This document shows positions 29,661 through 39,512 of a DNA stretch of 64,000 bases, in pieces. The DNA is from Desulfovibrio sp. Lineage in GTDB: Bacteria > Desulfobacterota > Desulfovibrionia > Desulfovibrionales > Desulfovibrionaceae. Made by a program: the position numbers and the translations under genes. The stretch is from NCBI RefSeq assembly GCF_014803725.1, contig NZ_JAAVBE010000019.1:151455-215454 (forward strand), written 5' to 3'. The notes under the pieces were generated by a model, which saw only the letters and a program-made list of their open reading frames with translations, ran no database searches and had not been told where the DNA came from. Position 1 is the first letter of the stretch; every line of letters starts with the position of its first letter.

Positions 29661-32039
29661 ATGAGCGCCACCCCCTTCACCTTTTCCTCCAAGGCCGACA
29701 CTCTGGCCGCGCTCTCCCGCTGGCCGGAACTCAACATCCCCACGGTGTTCGCCTTCACCGTGGCGGAGTGGCGCGCCGATGCCGGGGCGGTGCATGCCGG
29801 GGCCGTGGCCGCGCTTGGGACTGCCCCGGGCCTGCGCGCGGCCGTGCGCTCCTCCTGCCGGCGGGAGGATTCGGCGGCCTGTTCCGGCGCCGGCGCCTTC
29901 CTTTCGCGCCTTGATGTGCCGCTGGACGACGACGACGCCTTTGTCGATGCGGTCGAACAGGTCATCGCCTCCTATGGCGGGGCAGCCCCGGACGACCAGG
30001 TGCTCGTGCAGCCCATGATCCGCGAGCCGGCCGTCACCGGGGTCATCATGACCCGCGCCCTTGCCGACGGCGCGCCCTGGTATGTCATCAACTATGACGA
30101 CGAATCCGGCAAGACCGACACCGTCACCGGCGGCACCCATGTGGGCAAGACGGTCTATGTCTACCGCGAGGCACGGGAAGGCGATTTCGACTCCCCGCGG
30201 CTCGCCGCCTTCGTGGGGCTGGCGCGCCGGCTTGAGGCCCTGTGCGGTACGGACGCGCTGGATATCGAGTTTTGCCTCGATGCGGAAAATACCCTTCATC
30301 TGCTTCAGGTGCGGCCCATCTGCGCCGGGAGCCAATGGCCGGACTCCATCCCCGCGGCGCGCATCGGGCGCGTGGCCGAATTCGTGGCCGACCGCACCGG
30401 CCCGTGCCCCGGGCTTTTCGGGCAGCGCTCCATCCTCGGGGTGATGCCGGACTGGAACCCGGCGGAAATGATCGGCATCCTCCCCCGGCCGCTGGCCGCC
30501 TCCCTCTACCGCAACCTTATCACGAGCCGCGTCTGGGCCAAGGCGCGGGAGCGCATGGGCTATCGCACGCTGCCGCCCACCGAGCTCATGCCGCTCATCT
30601 TCGGGCGCCCCTACATCGATGTGCGCGCGAGCTTCAATTCCTTCCTGCCGGCGGGGCTCGACGCCGGCACATGCGAAATCCTCGTCAACGCGTGGCTGGA
30701 ACGACTGGAGGCCAACCCGCAGTTTCATGACAAGATCGAGTTTGAGATTGCCCAGACCGCTCTCGACTTCAACTTCGACGCCGCGCTGGACGCGCGCTAT
30801 CCCGGGCTGCTCTCGGCGCGCCGCCGGGAGGAGTTTCGCGCCGCCCTCACCCGCCTGACGGCAGCCTGCCTCGATCTTTCCCCCGCGGGCACTCTGGCCG
30901 GCGCGATGGACGCCGTGGCCGAACTGCGCGGGCGCCAGGCGGCGCGGCCCTTCGTCAGCGCCGCCGAGCCCGGGCGCCTCGAAGACCTCCCGCCCCTCTT
31001 GGCCGAATGCCGCAAGTACGGCACCCTCCCCTTCTCCATCCTGGCGCGGCATGCCTTCATCGCCGAAAGCCTGTTGCGCTCGGCCGTGACGGCCGGCGCG
31101 CTTGCGCCTGAGCGCGTGCAGACGTTCAAGGCCACGGTGCGCACCATCTCCGGCGAGCTCTCGCGCGAATTTCAGGATGTCTGCGAAGGCCGGCGCGACG
31201 CCGCGGCCTTCATGCGCAAATACGGGCACCTGCGGCCCGGCAGCTATGACATCCTTTCGCCCCGCTACCTTGACCGGCCGCAAATCTTCGGGGAGGGCGG
31301 CCGCCCACAACGCCCGAGACCCGGCGCGCCCTTTGCGCTCACCCCGGCCGAACGCGCGAGCCTCGAGACCCTGCTGCGCGGAGCCGGGCTCGGCGTCAGC
31401 CCCGAAGAACTGCTGGAATATGCGCGCCGGGCCATCGCCGGCCGCGAGCACGCCAAGTTCATCTTCAGCCGCAATCTTTCGGACGCGCTGGAGATCATCG
31501 CCTTTTTCGGCGAGCGCGCCGGTTTTGACCGCGAAGCGGCCTCCTTTTTCGAAATCCAGCCTCTGCTCGACTGGACGGTCAGCGCGCAACCCGAAACGCC
31601 CCAGGAGCATTTCGGCCGCCTCGTCGCGGCCAACCGCGAGCTTCTGGCCCGCGCCTCCGGGCTCAAGCTCGGCTACCTTATCCGCTCGGTGCGCGACGTG
31701 TATGTGGCCCCGCAGCACCGCGCCGCGCCCAATTTCGTGGGCACGGGCGAAGCGCTGGCCCCGGTGGCGCGCCTTTTTGCCGGCAGCCCCTGCGATGTGG
31801 ACCTCACGGGCAAGATCGTCTGCATCGAAAATGCCGACCCGGGCTTTGACTGGATCTTCACCCGCCATATCGCGGGCCTCGTGACGCGCTTCGGCGGGGC
31901 CAATTCGCATATGGCCATCCGCTGCGCGGAATACGGGCTGCCGGCGGCCATCGGCACGGGCGAAAGGCTGTTCGACATGGCACAGGCGGCGGAGACGCTC
32001 TATATCAAGCCGGCGGCGGCCATCCTGGAGGCGCGCTGA
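29661..32039 (+). CDS. PEP-synthase-like L-glutamine kinase (Cj1418 homolog)
   Basis: N-terminal ATP-grasp (VRSS, VLVQPM, DIEF, LLQVRP), central MPDWNPAEMIG, C-terminal phospho-His domain (DPGFDWIF, GGANSHMAIRCAEYGLPAAIG). Confidence 0.85.
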   Translation: MSATPFTFSSKADTLAALSRWPELNIPTVFAFTVAEWRADAGAVHAGAVAALGTAPGLRAAVRSSCRREDSAACSGAGAFLSRLDVPLDDDDAFVDAVEQVIASYGGAAPDDQVLVQPMIREPAVTGVIMTRALADGAPWYVINYDDESGKTDTVTGGTHVGKTVYVYREAREGDFDSPRLAAFVGLARRLEALCGTDALDIEFCLDAENTLHLLQVRPICAGSQWPDSIPAARIGRVAEFVADRTGPCPGLFGQRSILGVMPDWNPAEMIGILPRPLAASLYRNLITSRVWAKARERMGYRTLPPTELMPLIFGRPYIDVRASFNSFLPAGLDAGTCEILVNAWLERLEANPQFHDKIEFEIAQTALDFNFDAALDARYPGLLSARRREEFRAALTRLTAACLDLSPAGTLAGAMDAVAELRGRQAARPFVSAAEPGRLEDLPPLLAECRKYGTLPFSILARHAFIAESLLRSAVTAGALAPERVQTFKATVRTISGELSREFQDVCEGRRDAAAFMRKYGHLRPGSYDILSPRYLDRPQIFGEGGRPQRPRPGAPFALTPAERASLETLLRGAGLGVSPEELLEYARRAIAGREHAKFIFSRNLSDALEIIAFFGERAGFDREAASFFEIQPLLDWTVSAQPETPQEHFGRLVAANRELLARASGLKLGYLIRSVRDVYVAPQHRAAPNFVGTGEALAPVARLFAGSPCDVDLTGKIVCIENADPGFDWIFTRHIAGLVTRFGGANSHMAIRCAEYGLPAAIGTGERLFDMAQAAETLYIKPAAAILEAR

Positions 32040-32683
32040 TGCTCGGCATCACCATGCGCGTCATGCGCCACACCTATTCCGGGGGCGCCGTGGAGGAACG
32101 CGACGCCCTTGCGCGGGACTGGCCCCGCTTTCTCCGCCAGGTGTTTCCGCAGGAGCCGGTCCTCTATCTCCCCAATATGGGCGCGGAAATCACGGGCTTC
32201 GCCGCGGGCGCCGGGCTCACCGGGCTCATTTTTTCGGGCGGGGAGGACTGGGGCCTCGTGCCGGAACGCGACGCCACGGAGGCCGCGCTCTTCGCCTGGG
32301 CGCGGGAGGCCGGGCTGCCGGTTTTCGGCGTGTGCCGGGGCGCGCAGGCCATCAACCTGCTCATGGGCGGCCGGCTCACAGGCTGCGACGGGCATGTGGC
32401 TGTGCGGCATGCGGTGGAGCTGGCGCGCCCCGTTGCCGGGAGCCCGCGCCATGAGGTCAATTCCTTCCATGCTCAGGGCATACTCCGGGGGGGGCTGGCC
32501 CCGGGCCTCGAAGCCCTCGCCCTGGCCCCGGACGGCACAGTGGAGGCCTTCACCAGCGCGGACGGCCGCATCGCCGCCGTCATGTGGCACCCCGAACGCG
32601 AAGCGCAGCCGGCGCCTCTGGACACGGCGCTTCTGCGCGCATGCCTGGGCCGAGGTTTCGGCGAGACAGCAGGAGAACGATGA
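32039..32683 (+). CDS. Class I glutamine amidotransferase-like gamma-glutamyl-CDP-amidate hydrolase (Cj1417 homolog)
   Basis: GVCRGAQ nucleophile elbow, VNSFH and WHPE motifs; coupled to both neighbours. Confidence 0.82.
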   Translation: MLGITMRVMRHTYSGGAVEERDALARDWPRFLRQVFPQEPVLYLPNMGAEITGFAAGAGLTGLIFSGGEDWGLVPERDATEAALFAWAREAGLPVFGVCRGAQAINLLMGGRLTGCDGHVAVRHAVELARPVAGSPRHEVNSFHAQGILRGGLAPGLEALALAPDGTVEAFTSADGRIAAVMWHPEREAQPAPLDTALLRACLGRGFGETAGER

Positions 32684-33465
32684 CCATGAACGACGGTACG
32701 GCGGCCGTCATCCTCGCCGCGGGCCGCGGCTCGCGGATGCGGGAGCTCACGGCCGAGCGGCCCAAGTGCCTTGTGGAGCTCGCCGGCCGCCCCCTCCTCC
32801 ACTGGCAGCTCGACGCCCTGCGCGGCGCCGGCATCCGGCGCATCCTCGTGGTGCGCGGCTATGCCGCCCAGTGCCTCGCCGGCGACTTCGCCACCACGGA
32901 GAATCCGCGCTGGGCCGAGACCAACATGGTCGCCTCCCTGCTGTGCGCGGGCGCCTTCGCGCGCGAGTTCTTCGCCAGGGGGGGCAAGCGGCTCGTCGTC
33001 TCCTATTCCGACATCGTGTACCACCCCGACCATGTTCGCAGGCTGCTCACCGCCACGGAAGACATGGCCATCACCTACGATACGGAATGGGAAGCCCTCT
33101 GGAAGCTGCGTTTTGAAGACGTGCTCTCGGATGCCGAGACCTTCCGGCAGGAGGGGGGCATCCTGCGCGAGATCGGCGGCAGGGCGGCCACGCTCGAAGA
33201 GATCCACGGGCAGTACATGGGCCTGCTCTCCTTCTCGCGCGCCGGCTGGGAGCGCCTGGAGGCAGCATGCGCCGCCCTTGGCCCCGAGGCCGTGGACAAG
33301 CTGGACATGACGGGCCTGCTGCGCCTTTTGCTCGCGCAAAATATCGCCATCGAGGCCGTGCCCGTGGCCGGCCGCTGGTGCGAGGCCGACAGCGGCACGG
33401 ACCTCAAGACCTATGAAGAGGCGCTCGCACGGGGCGCCTGGTCGCATGACTGGCGGCAGTGGTAG
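32680..33465 (+). CDS. CTP:phosphoglutamine cytidylyltransferase-like (Cj1416 homolog, LicC family)
   Basis: [20 protein letters not shown] and GQYMGL motifs. Confidence 0.82.
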   Translation: MTMNDGTAAVILAAGRGSRMRELTAERPKCLVELAGRPLLHWQLDALRGAGIRRILVVRGYAAQCLAGDFATTENPRWAETNMVASLLCAGAFAREFFARGGKRLVVSYSDIVYHPDHVRRLLTATEDMAITYDTEWEALWKLRFEDVLSDAETFRQEGGILREIGGRAATLEEIHGQYMGLLSFSRAGWERLEAACAALGPEAVDKLDMTGLLRLLLAQNIAIEAVPVAGRWCEADSGTDLKTYEEALARGAWSHDWRQW

Positions 33466-33509
33466 CTGCGGCCACACTGATACTCGAATAACCGCAACGC
33501 TAGGCGGCG

Positions 33510-33548
33510 TTCTCCCTGTTTCGGCGGAGGCGCCGGAACACGGGAGAA
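33510..33548 (+). promoter_or_regulatory. Long hairpin sequestering the RBS of the methyltransferase
   Basis: TTCTCCC-TGTTTCGGCG-(GAGG)-CGCCGGAACA-C-GGGAGAA, 3 nt before ATG 33552. Confidence 0.55.
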
Positions 33549-33551
33549 GCT

Positions 33552-34304
33552 ATGACGGTTGAATGGGATTACACGGCACTGGCGGATGCGTACCTGAAAC
33601 GCCCCGACTATTCCCCGGCCGCGCTCACGGCGCTGTTCCGTATCGCCTGCCTCAAGCCGGGCGACAAGGTGTGCGACATCGGCGCCGGCGTGGCTCACCT
33701 CACCCTGCCGCTGGCGGCCTATGGCTGCGAGGTGGATGCGGTGGAGCCCAATGACGCCATGCGGGCCAACGGCATGAAACGTACGGCCGACCTCGCCACC
33801 GTCCACTGGAGCAAGGGTACCGGCGAGGCCACGGGGCGCCCTGCCGGCGTTTATGATTTCGTGACCTTCGGCTCCTCGTTCAATGTCTGCGACCGGCAGG
33901 CGGCGCTGCGCGAAAGCCACCGCCTGCTCAAGCCGGGCGGGTATTTCGCCTGCCTCTGGAACCACAGGGACCTGGACGACCCGGTGCAAAAAGCCATCGA
34001 GACCATCATCCGCGAGAGCATCCCGGGCTATGGCTACGGCACCCGGCGCGAGGACCAGTCGGCGGTCATCACCGCCTCCGGGCTTTTTGAGGATCTGGTG
34101 AGGGTGGAAGGCGCCACCGTGCAGACGCAGAGCGTCGACGATGCCATCGAGGCCTGGCGCTCGCACGCCACGCTCCAGCGCCAGGCGGGCGAAGCCTTCG
34201 GCCCCATCGTGGACAAGCTGGCCGCCCATCTGCGCTCGCTGGGCACCGATACCCTCCACATCCCTTACACCACACGCGCCTGGATCGCGCGCCGCAAGGA
34301 CTGA
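33552..34304 (+). CDS. SAM-dependent methyltransferase (Cj1419-like, phosphoramidate O-methylation candidate)
   Basis: EWDYTALADAYLKRPDYS N-terminus, DIGAG and VEPNDAM motifs; embedded in the phosphoramidate cluster. Confidence 0.75.
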   Translation: MTVEWDYTALADAYLKRPDYSPAALTALFRIACLKPGDKVCDIGAGVAHLTLPLAAYGCEVDAVEPNDAMRANGMKRTADLATVHWSKGTGEATGRPAGVYDFVTFGSSFNVCDRQAALRESHRLLKPGGYFACLWNHRDLDDPVQKAIETIIRESIPGYGYGTRREDQSAVITASGLFEDLVRVEGATVQTQSVDDAIEAWRSHATLQRQAGEAFGPIVDKLAAHLRSLGTDTLHIPYTTRAWIARRKD

Positions 34305-34305
34305 A

Positions 34306-34824
34306 ATGCAAACTTCCCGGAAAAATGGCCGCGTGTTCTGGATCACCGGCCTTTCCGGCGCCGGCAAGACCACCCTGGCCCGGGCGCTCCAGCAGGCGCT
34401 CCCGGGCTCGCTCCGGCTGGACGGCGACGAACTGCGCGAAGCCCTGGGCGCCAGCGGCCAGGGCTTCGACGCGGAGAGCCGCCGGCGCCTGGCCCTGAGC
34501 TATGCGCGGCTGGCCGGCCTTCTGGCGCGGCAGGGGGCCACGGTCATCGTGGCCACCATTTCGCTCTTCCACGAGCTCCACGCCTGGAACCGCGCCAACC
34601 TGCCCGGCTATGTGGAGATATTCCTGGACGTGCCGGAGGCTGTGCGCCGCGGGCGCGACCCCAAGGGCCTGTATGCCGGCAATGTGCGCCATATGGCCGG
34701 AGGCGAGGTCAAGGCGGAACTGCCGCTTGCCCCGCACCTGCGCCTCACGGGCGGCGAAAGCCTTGAGGACGCGCTGGCGCTCGTGCTGGAGCTTGCGGCA
34801 GAGCCCGCGGCGCGCAACGACTGA
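34306..34824 (+). CDS. APS-kinase-like cytidine diphosphoramidate 3'-kinase (Cj1415 homolog)
   Basis: WITGLSGAGKTT P-loop, LDGDELR and RDPKGLY motifs; context favours Cj1415 over CysC. Confidence 0.8.
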   Translation: MQTSRKNGRVFWITGLSGAGKTTLARALQQALPGSLRLDGDELREALGASGQGFDAESRRRLALSYARLAGLLARQGATVIVATISLFHELHAWNRANLPGYVEIFLDVPEAVRRGRDPKGLYAGNVRHMAGGEVKAELPLAPHLRLTGGESLEDALALVLELAAEPAARND

Positions 34825-34983
34825 CGCTTCCGCCCCCTGGCGCCCGGCCTCTCCCGTTCGCCGCGCTCCGCCCCGGCTTGCCAAGGCCGCGCCTCTCTGC
34901 CACTATGCGGGCATTGGGGAGCCCCGGTCGCCGGCGCCCGGCATGCGTCCGCAGGCCCTCCCCCCTTGCTGAACGGAGCGGCC

Positions 34984-36213
34984 ATGGCCTTTCGATTCTC
35001 CCCCCTCTTCGGCGGCACCATGGTGGTCGCCGGCACGGCCATCGGCGCGGGCATGCTCGGCCTGCCCATGATCTCCGCGGGCATGTGGTACTCGTGGTCC
35101 ATGGTGGTGCTTTTCGGCTCCTGGTTTTTCATGTTCCGCTCAAGCCAGGCCCTGCTTGAGGTCAACCTGCACTTCCAGCCGGGCGACAGTTTCCACACCC
35201 TCGTGCGCGAGCTGCTGGGCCCCGCGTGGAGCGCCGTCAACGGCCTTTCCGTGGCCTTCGTGCTCTATATCCTCGTCTACGCCTATGTGAGCGGCGGCGG
35301 CTCGGTGGTGCAGCACGCGCTCACGCCCGTGCTGGGGAGCGAGCCCCCGCGCCTGCTCACGAGCCTCATCTTCTCGCTGCTGCTGGCGGCCTGCATCTGG
35401 TGGAGCTCCCGCGCGGTGGACCGCTTCTCCATCGTGCTCATGGGCGGCATGGTCTTGGCGCTGCTCTTTTCCATGAGCGGCATGTTCCGGCACCTCCGGC
35501 TCGACGTGCTGCTGGACGCAGGCGGCGCGGGGGGCGAGGCCATCTTCATCTGGGGCGCGCTCTCCACCTATCTCACCTCCTTCTGCTTCCACGCGTCGGT
35601 GCCGAGCCTCGTCAAGTATCTCGGCAAGGACGGCCGCGGCATCAACGCCTGCCTCAGGTACGGCACCATCATCGCGCTGGCCTGCTATTTCGCGTGGATC
35701 ACCGCCTCGGACGGCGTCATCCCGCGCGAGGGCTTCAAGGCGGTCATCGCACAGGGCGGCAACGTGGGCGACCTGCTCGCCGCCGCCGGCCACAACCTCG
35801 GTAGCGGCCTCGTGCTCAGCCTGCTGGAGGCCTTTTCGCTGCTCGCCGTGGCGACATCCTTCCTGGGCGCCGGGCTCGGGCTCTTCGACTACATGGCCGA
35901 CCTCTGCAATTTTGACGACAGCCGCCTCGGCCGCACCAAGACCCTGCTCGTGACCTTCGTGCCGCCCATGGCCTGCGGCCTCCTGTGGCCGGACGGCTTT
36001 CTCGCGGCCATCGGCTGGGCCGGCCTCGCGGCTTCGGTGTGGTCGGTCATCGTGCCGGCGCTGCTGCTGCGCGCGTGCCGGCGGCGCTTCAGCCCGGGCG
36101 GATACACTGCGCCGGGCGGTGCGCTGCTCACGCCGCTGCTGCTCTGTTACGGCATCCTCGTGGCCGTGTGCCATACGCTCTTTGTGTTTCAGCTCCTGCC
36201 CATGTATGATTGA
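34984..36213 (+). CDS. Aromatic amino acid permease (Mtr/TnaB/TyrP family)
   Basis: GTAIGAGMLGLP, SFCFHASVPSL and VATSFLG motifs. Confidence 0.9.
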   Translation: MAFRFSPLFGGTMVVAGTAIGAGMLGLPMISAGMWYSWSMVVLFGSWFFMFRSSQALLEVNLHFQPGDSFHTLVRELLGPAWSAVNGLSVAFVLYILVYAYVSGGGSVVQHALTPVLGSEPPRLLTSLIFSLLLAACIWWSSRAVDRFSIVLMGGMVLALLFSMSGMFRHLRLDVLLDAGGAGGEAIFIWGALSTYLTSFCFHASVPSLVKYLGKDGRGINACLRYGTIIALACYFAWITASDGVIPREGFKAVIAQGGNVGDLLAAAGHNLGSGLVLSLLEAFSLLAVATSFLGAGLGLFDYMADLCNFDDSRLGRTKTLLVTFVPPMACGLLWPDGFLAAIGWAGLAASVWSVIVPALLLRACRRRFSPGGYTAPGGALLTPLLLCYGILVAVCHTLFVFQLLPMYD

Positions 36214-36256
36214 CCCGCGGGGCGGAAGAGCTCCGCAGCCGCAAGCGGGGAAGGAC

Positions 36257-37102
36257 ATGGACGACCCTCACGCGCCCCACATAGCCCGATCTTCAGCCTC
36301 TCCCGGCGCGGCCCCGCCCCGCCCCGGCGACGTGGCGACCGCCCGCTTCGTGCTGGCGGCGCAGTTGCGCCTCCTGGAGCGCGCCCTCGCCGCGTGGCCG
36401 CGCCGGGAAGCGGCCCTGCTGGACGTGAACTGCGGCACGGGCGCGGTGCTGCCCTTTCTCTGGGGCTGCGGCTTTGAGGTGGACGCGGTGGAGGCCGACC
36501 CGGCCTCCCGGGCGCGCGCGCAAACACGCTGCCCCGCGGCCACGGTCATGGCCGGCAGGGACGACGGCCTGCCCGTGGAGGACGACGCCTACGACTGGGT
36601 GCTCCTCCACCTGCGGGAGCCAAGGCGCCTCGCCGCCGCCCTTGCCGAAGCGCGGCGCGTGGCCCGGCGCGGCTTTGCCGTCACTTTCTGGAACCGCCAC
36701 TCCCTCGCCGGGCTCTGCGCGCGCGTGGCGCACACGCGCCTCCCCGGGCACGTCACCACCTGGTGGGAGGTGCGCGGGGCCCTGCGCCGCATGGAGGGCG
36801 CCCCCGCGCCCGGCAATACGGCGAGCCTGGGCACGCTGGCCGGGCCTGTGAACACCTGGCGCGCGAAAAGCCCCCTCGCGCCGGGGAGCCGCCTCGTCAC
36901 GGCGCTCCCGGTGGGGGCGTGGACGGTGTTCCGCTGTACGCTCGGGCCCGCGGGCGGCGTCACTCCGCTGGCCCTGCGTCTCGGCGCCCGTTTCGGGCGC
37001 GGCATGGATGAGCGCCTTTCCGCGCCGGAGCCGGTGCTGGAGTGCGGGCGCAAACCGCTCACCTCCTGCGCCCCGGGCGGGAGGGACGAAGGAGGGGCAT
37101 GA
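36257..37102 (+). CDS. Methyltransferase-fold protein
   Basis: LLDVNCGTG and DDAYDWV motifs; AAGGA RBS. Confidence 0.65.
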   Translation: MDDPHAPHIARSSASPGAAPPRPGDVATARFVLAAQLRLLERALAAWPRREAALLDVNCGTGAVLPFLWGCGFEVDAVEADPASRARAQTRCPAATVMAGRDDGLPVEDDAYDWVLLHLREPRRLAAALAEARRVARRGFAVTFWNRHSLAGLCARVAHTRLPGHVTTWWEVRGALRRMEGAPAPGNTASLGTLAGPVNTWRAKSPLAPGSRLVTALPVGAWTVFRCTLGPAGGVTPLALRLGARFGRGMDERLSAPEPVLECGRKPLTSCAPGGRDEGGA

Positions 37103-38223
37103 TGCCCGCATTCCTCTCGGGCCTCGCGGCCAAGGCCCGCGCGCACAAGCTCGTCACCCTGCTCGCCGTGCTGCTGCTCGTGGGCGCCCTCGGCGCGGGC
37201 GGCTATTTTGGCTGGCGCACCTGGCAATATCGCCAGACCAGCGAATACGCCGTGGAACAGCTCAAGGCGGCGCTCACGCCGCCCAATACGGAAGAGCTCG
37301 CCAAGCGGGTGGACTTCCGCACGCTGTTCGCGGAGCTTTCGCGCGCCGTGGCCGGGGCCTTTCCCTTTTACAAGGCCGGCCCTGACCAGGAACATGTGCT
37401 GAGCCAGCAGTTGCAGACCGCCCTTCTGCGGCGCCTGCGCGAAAAGGACGCGGGCCCCGCCAAGGGGGAGGAGCCGGACGCCGCGGCCAAGCTGCGGCAG
37501 CCGCTGGTGCTCTTTCCGCCGGATTTTCTCGCGCAGCTCCCGGCCGGGCTCACGCTTATGGAAACGAAGGGCGACACCGCGCGCATCAGGACCGAGATCA
37601 CGCACCCCCAGCTCCAGGTCGCCTTCCCGCTGGAATTTGAGCTTCGGCGCGGGCCGGACGGCTGGATGGTGCGCCACCTCGTGAATGCCGCCGAGGTGGC
37701 CGGCATCCTGCGCGCGGCCCTTGTCACGCGGCAAAAGGCCACGGCGGATATCGTCCTTGCCAAGAACGAGGCCACGCTGAAGCGCATGGAGAGCATCCTG
37801 CCCATCCAGGGCTGCGAGGCCGAGGCCGGCCTGCTCTCCGACGGGGAGACCCTGCTGCTCATGGTGCTCATGCGCGGGCAGAACCAGGGCGGCATCCAGG
37901 TGAACAACATGGACCTCGACACCACCATCTACGGCGCCCACGGCGAGCCCGTGCTCACGCGGCACCTCAACGCGGCGGAGCCCGTCTATCCCGGCGCGGC
38001 CTTCAGCCACCGCTGGAGCATCGAGCTCGACGCGCAAAGCCCGGAGGGGCAGGCCGTGCTCGGCGGCATTCCCCTCACCTGCCGCCCGGTGTGGCGCACC
38101 ATGGGCCTTTCGAGCGCGGAAGTGCTGCATGTGGCCGACACGGCGGACTTGACGCAAAAATGCGAGATCCCGGGGCACGATCACCCCGTGGGCTTCTGCA
38201 AACTGCCGATTTTTCAGGAATAA
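37099..38223 (+). CDS. Membrane-anchored periplasmic hypothetical protein
   Basis: Single N-terminal TM segment; GGAGG RBS; overlaps the upstream stop codon. Confidence 0.7.
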   Translation: MMPAFLSGLAAKARAHKLVTLLAVLLLVGALGAGGYFGWRTWQYRQTSEYAVEQLKAALTPPNTEELAKRVDFRTLFAELSRAVAGAFPFYKAGPDQEHVLSQQLQTALLRRLREKDAGPAKGEEPDAAAKLRQPLVLFPPDFLAQLPAGLTLMETKGDTARIRTEITHPQLQVAFPLEFELRRGPDGWMVRHLVNAAEVAGILRAALVTRQKATADIVLAKNEATLKRMESILPIQGCEAEAGLLSDGETLLLMVLMRGQNQGGIQVNNMDLDTTIYGAHGEPVLTRHLNAAEPVYPGAAFSHRWSIELDAQSPEGQAVLGGIPLTCRPVWRTMGLSSAEVLHVADTADLTQKCEIPGHDHPVGFCKLPIFQE

Positions 38224-38259
38224 CGGGAGAGGAGCCGACGCGGCGCGCTGAAGTGCCCG

Positions 38260-39426
38260 TCAGGCGCCGCGCTCTTTCTTCCACGCGGCATACGCGCGCA
38301 TGACCCCGGCCAAGTGCCGGGGCACCACCACGGCCTCGCTGAAGTGCGCGAGCACATTGCGCCGCGCCATGCGGGCCTGCGGCGCGGGTTCGCCGTCGCG
38401 CGGGCGCGCCTCAAGCGCCGCCAGCACGGCGGCCGGGGCATCGTTGGCCGGAAATTCCAGCATGTTGACGCCGGGGCGCAAAAAATTTGCCGTTTCCGGC
38501 CGCGCCATGAGCAGGGCCTCGCAGCTCATGGCCTCCAGCATGGCCCGCTCGGCCGCGTCGCCCTGCCCGGGGCAGACCACGAGCGAGGACGCGGCCAGAA
38601 GATCCCGATAGCGCCCGAAGGGCAGCGAAGCATGCGCCGCAAAGCGCGGTCGGCAGCCGTCCGCCCAGGTGTTCGCCGCGGCTTCCAGCGCCTCCCGAAG
38701 GCGGCTGTTTTCCGTCAGCATGACCGCATGGCACGCGGGGAGCGACCGCAGCACGGCGTGCGCGAGGCGCAGCAAGGTGGCAAGCGGCGCCCCGTCGAGG
38801 CCGGTGGCGTCGAGGGTGAGCAGTGGGCCGTCCGGCGGGGCTTCGTGCCCCTCGAACCACGGGCGCGCGGCCGCGCGCGAAAAAAGCTCCGTATCCACGC
38901 AGGGTTCGGTGAGGCTTAGGGCCTCCCGTAGGGGGCTCGGGAAGAGGCGCCGCTGCCGCTCGCTCATGGCGAAGCAGAGGTCGGCCTGCAAAAAGAGCGC
39001 GCTTTGCAGGATGGTCCAGGCCCGGCGCGCCTCCCCGGGCAGGAGGGCGAAGTTTTTGAGCCCGGTTTCCGCATAGCCCGCGAGAAAGGCACCGGGAAAG
39101 GCCTGCGGCGCGAACAGGGCCGCGCCCCCGGCCAGCGTGGCGAAGATGATGTCCGGCGTGCCCCAGGACTCGCGCAGGGAGGTGAGGGAACGCAGCCCCC
39201 AGGAACCGCGCCTGACGGTCTCCTCCCACAGGGCGGGCACTTCCGGGGCCACCTCGCCGAAGAGCGGGGCGTTTTTCAGGCGCACCCGCCGCACACCGGG
39301 GAGCGCGAAGTCCTTGCGCTGCCGGTTGGAGGCGAAGAGCACCTCGTTTTCCGGCGCGGCCGCAAGCTCGCGCGCCAGCGGCCCGAGATCGCCGGGGAAA
39401 TAGTTGCTGATGAAGAGGATGCGCAT
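38260..39426 (-). CDS. Glycosyltransferase family 4, adhesin-linked type (alternative GTG start at 39510)
   Basis: MRILFISNYFPG N-terminus; GT-B features; RAMLEAMSCEALL. Confidence 0.75.
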   Translation of the reverse strand: MRILFISNYFPGDLGPLARELAAAPENEVLFASNRQRKDFALPGVRRVRLKNAPLFGEVAPEVPALWEETVRRGSWGLRSLTSLRESWGTPDIIFATLAGGAALFAPQAFPGAFLAGYAETGLKNFALLPGEARRAWTILQSALFLQADLCFAMSERQRRLFPSPLREALSLTEPCVDTELFSRAAARPWFEGHEAPPDGPLLTLDATGLDGAPLATLLRLAHAVLRSLPACHAVMLTENSRLREALEAAANTWADGCRPRFAAHASLPFGRYRDLLAASSLVVCPGQGDAAERAMLEAMSCEALLMARPETANFLRPGVNMLEFPANDAPAAVLAALEARPRDGEPAPQARMARRNVLAHFSEAVVVPRHLAGVMRAYAAWKKERGA

Positions 39427-39437
39427 GGGGATATGAG

Positions 39438-39473
39438 GGCGGCGCCCGGAAGGGCGCCGCCGTTTTTTTTTTT
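39438..39473 (+). terminator. GC hairpin plus T11 tract, oriented antisense to both flanking genes
   Basis: GGCGGCGCCC-GGAA-GGGCGCCGCC-G-T11. Confidence 0.6.
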
Positions 39474-39512
39474 GAGGTGCCGGGGCGCGGTGCCCCGTGT
39501 GCCTGTACACTC

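Noticed and set aside
29661-32039. Annotation as PEP synthase or PPDK
   Set aside because: The His domain is C-terminal and there is no pyruvate-binding TIM barrel, matching the Cj1418 architecture.
32487-32494. G8 tract in the amidotransferase (also G8 at 15075-15082 in wbaP and G7 at 32978-32984) as phase-variation sites
   Set aside because: All frames are intact, and several G/C runs of this length are expected by chance in 64 kb at this GC content. Would need read-level evidence.
33455-33470. CAGTGGTAGCTG resembling half of a JUMPstart element
   Set aside because: It spans the last codons and stop of a gene, and the GGCGGTAG ops half is absent.
34306-34824. Annotation as cysC (APS kinase for sulfate activation)
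   Set aside because: Operon context with Cj1416/17/18-like genes favours cytidine diphosphoramidate kinase; no sulfate adenylyltransferase is adjacent.
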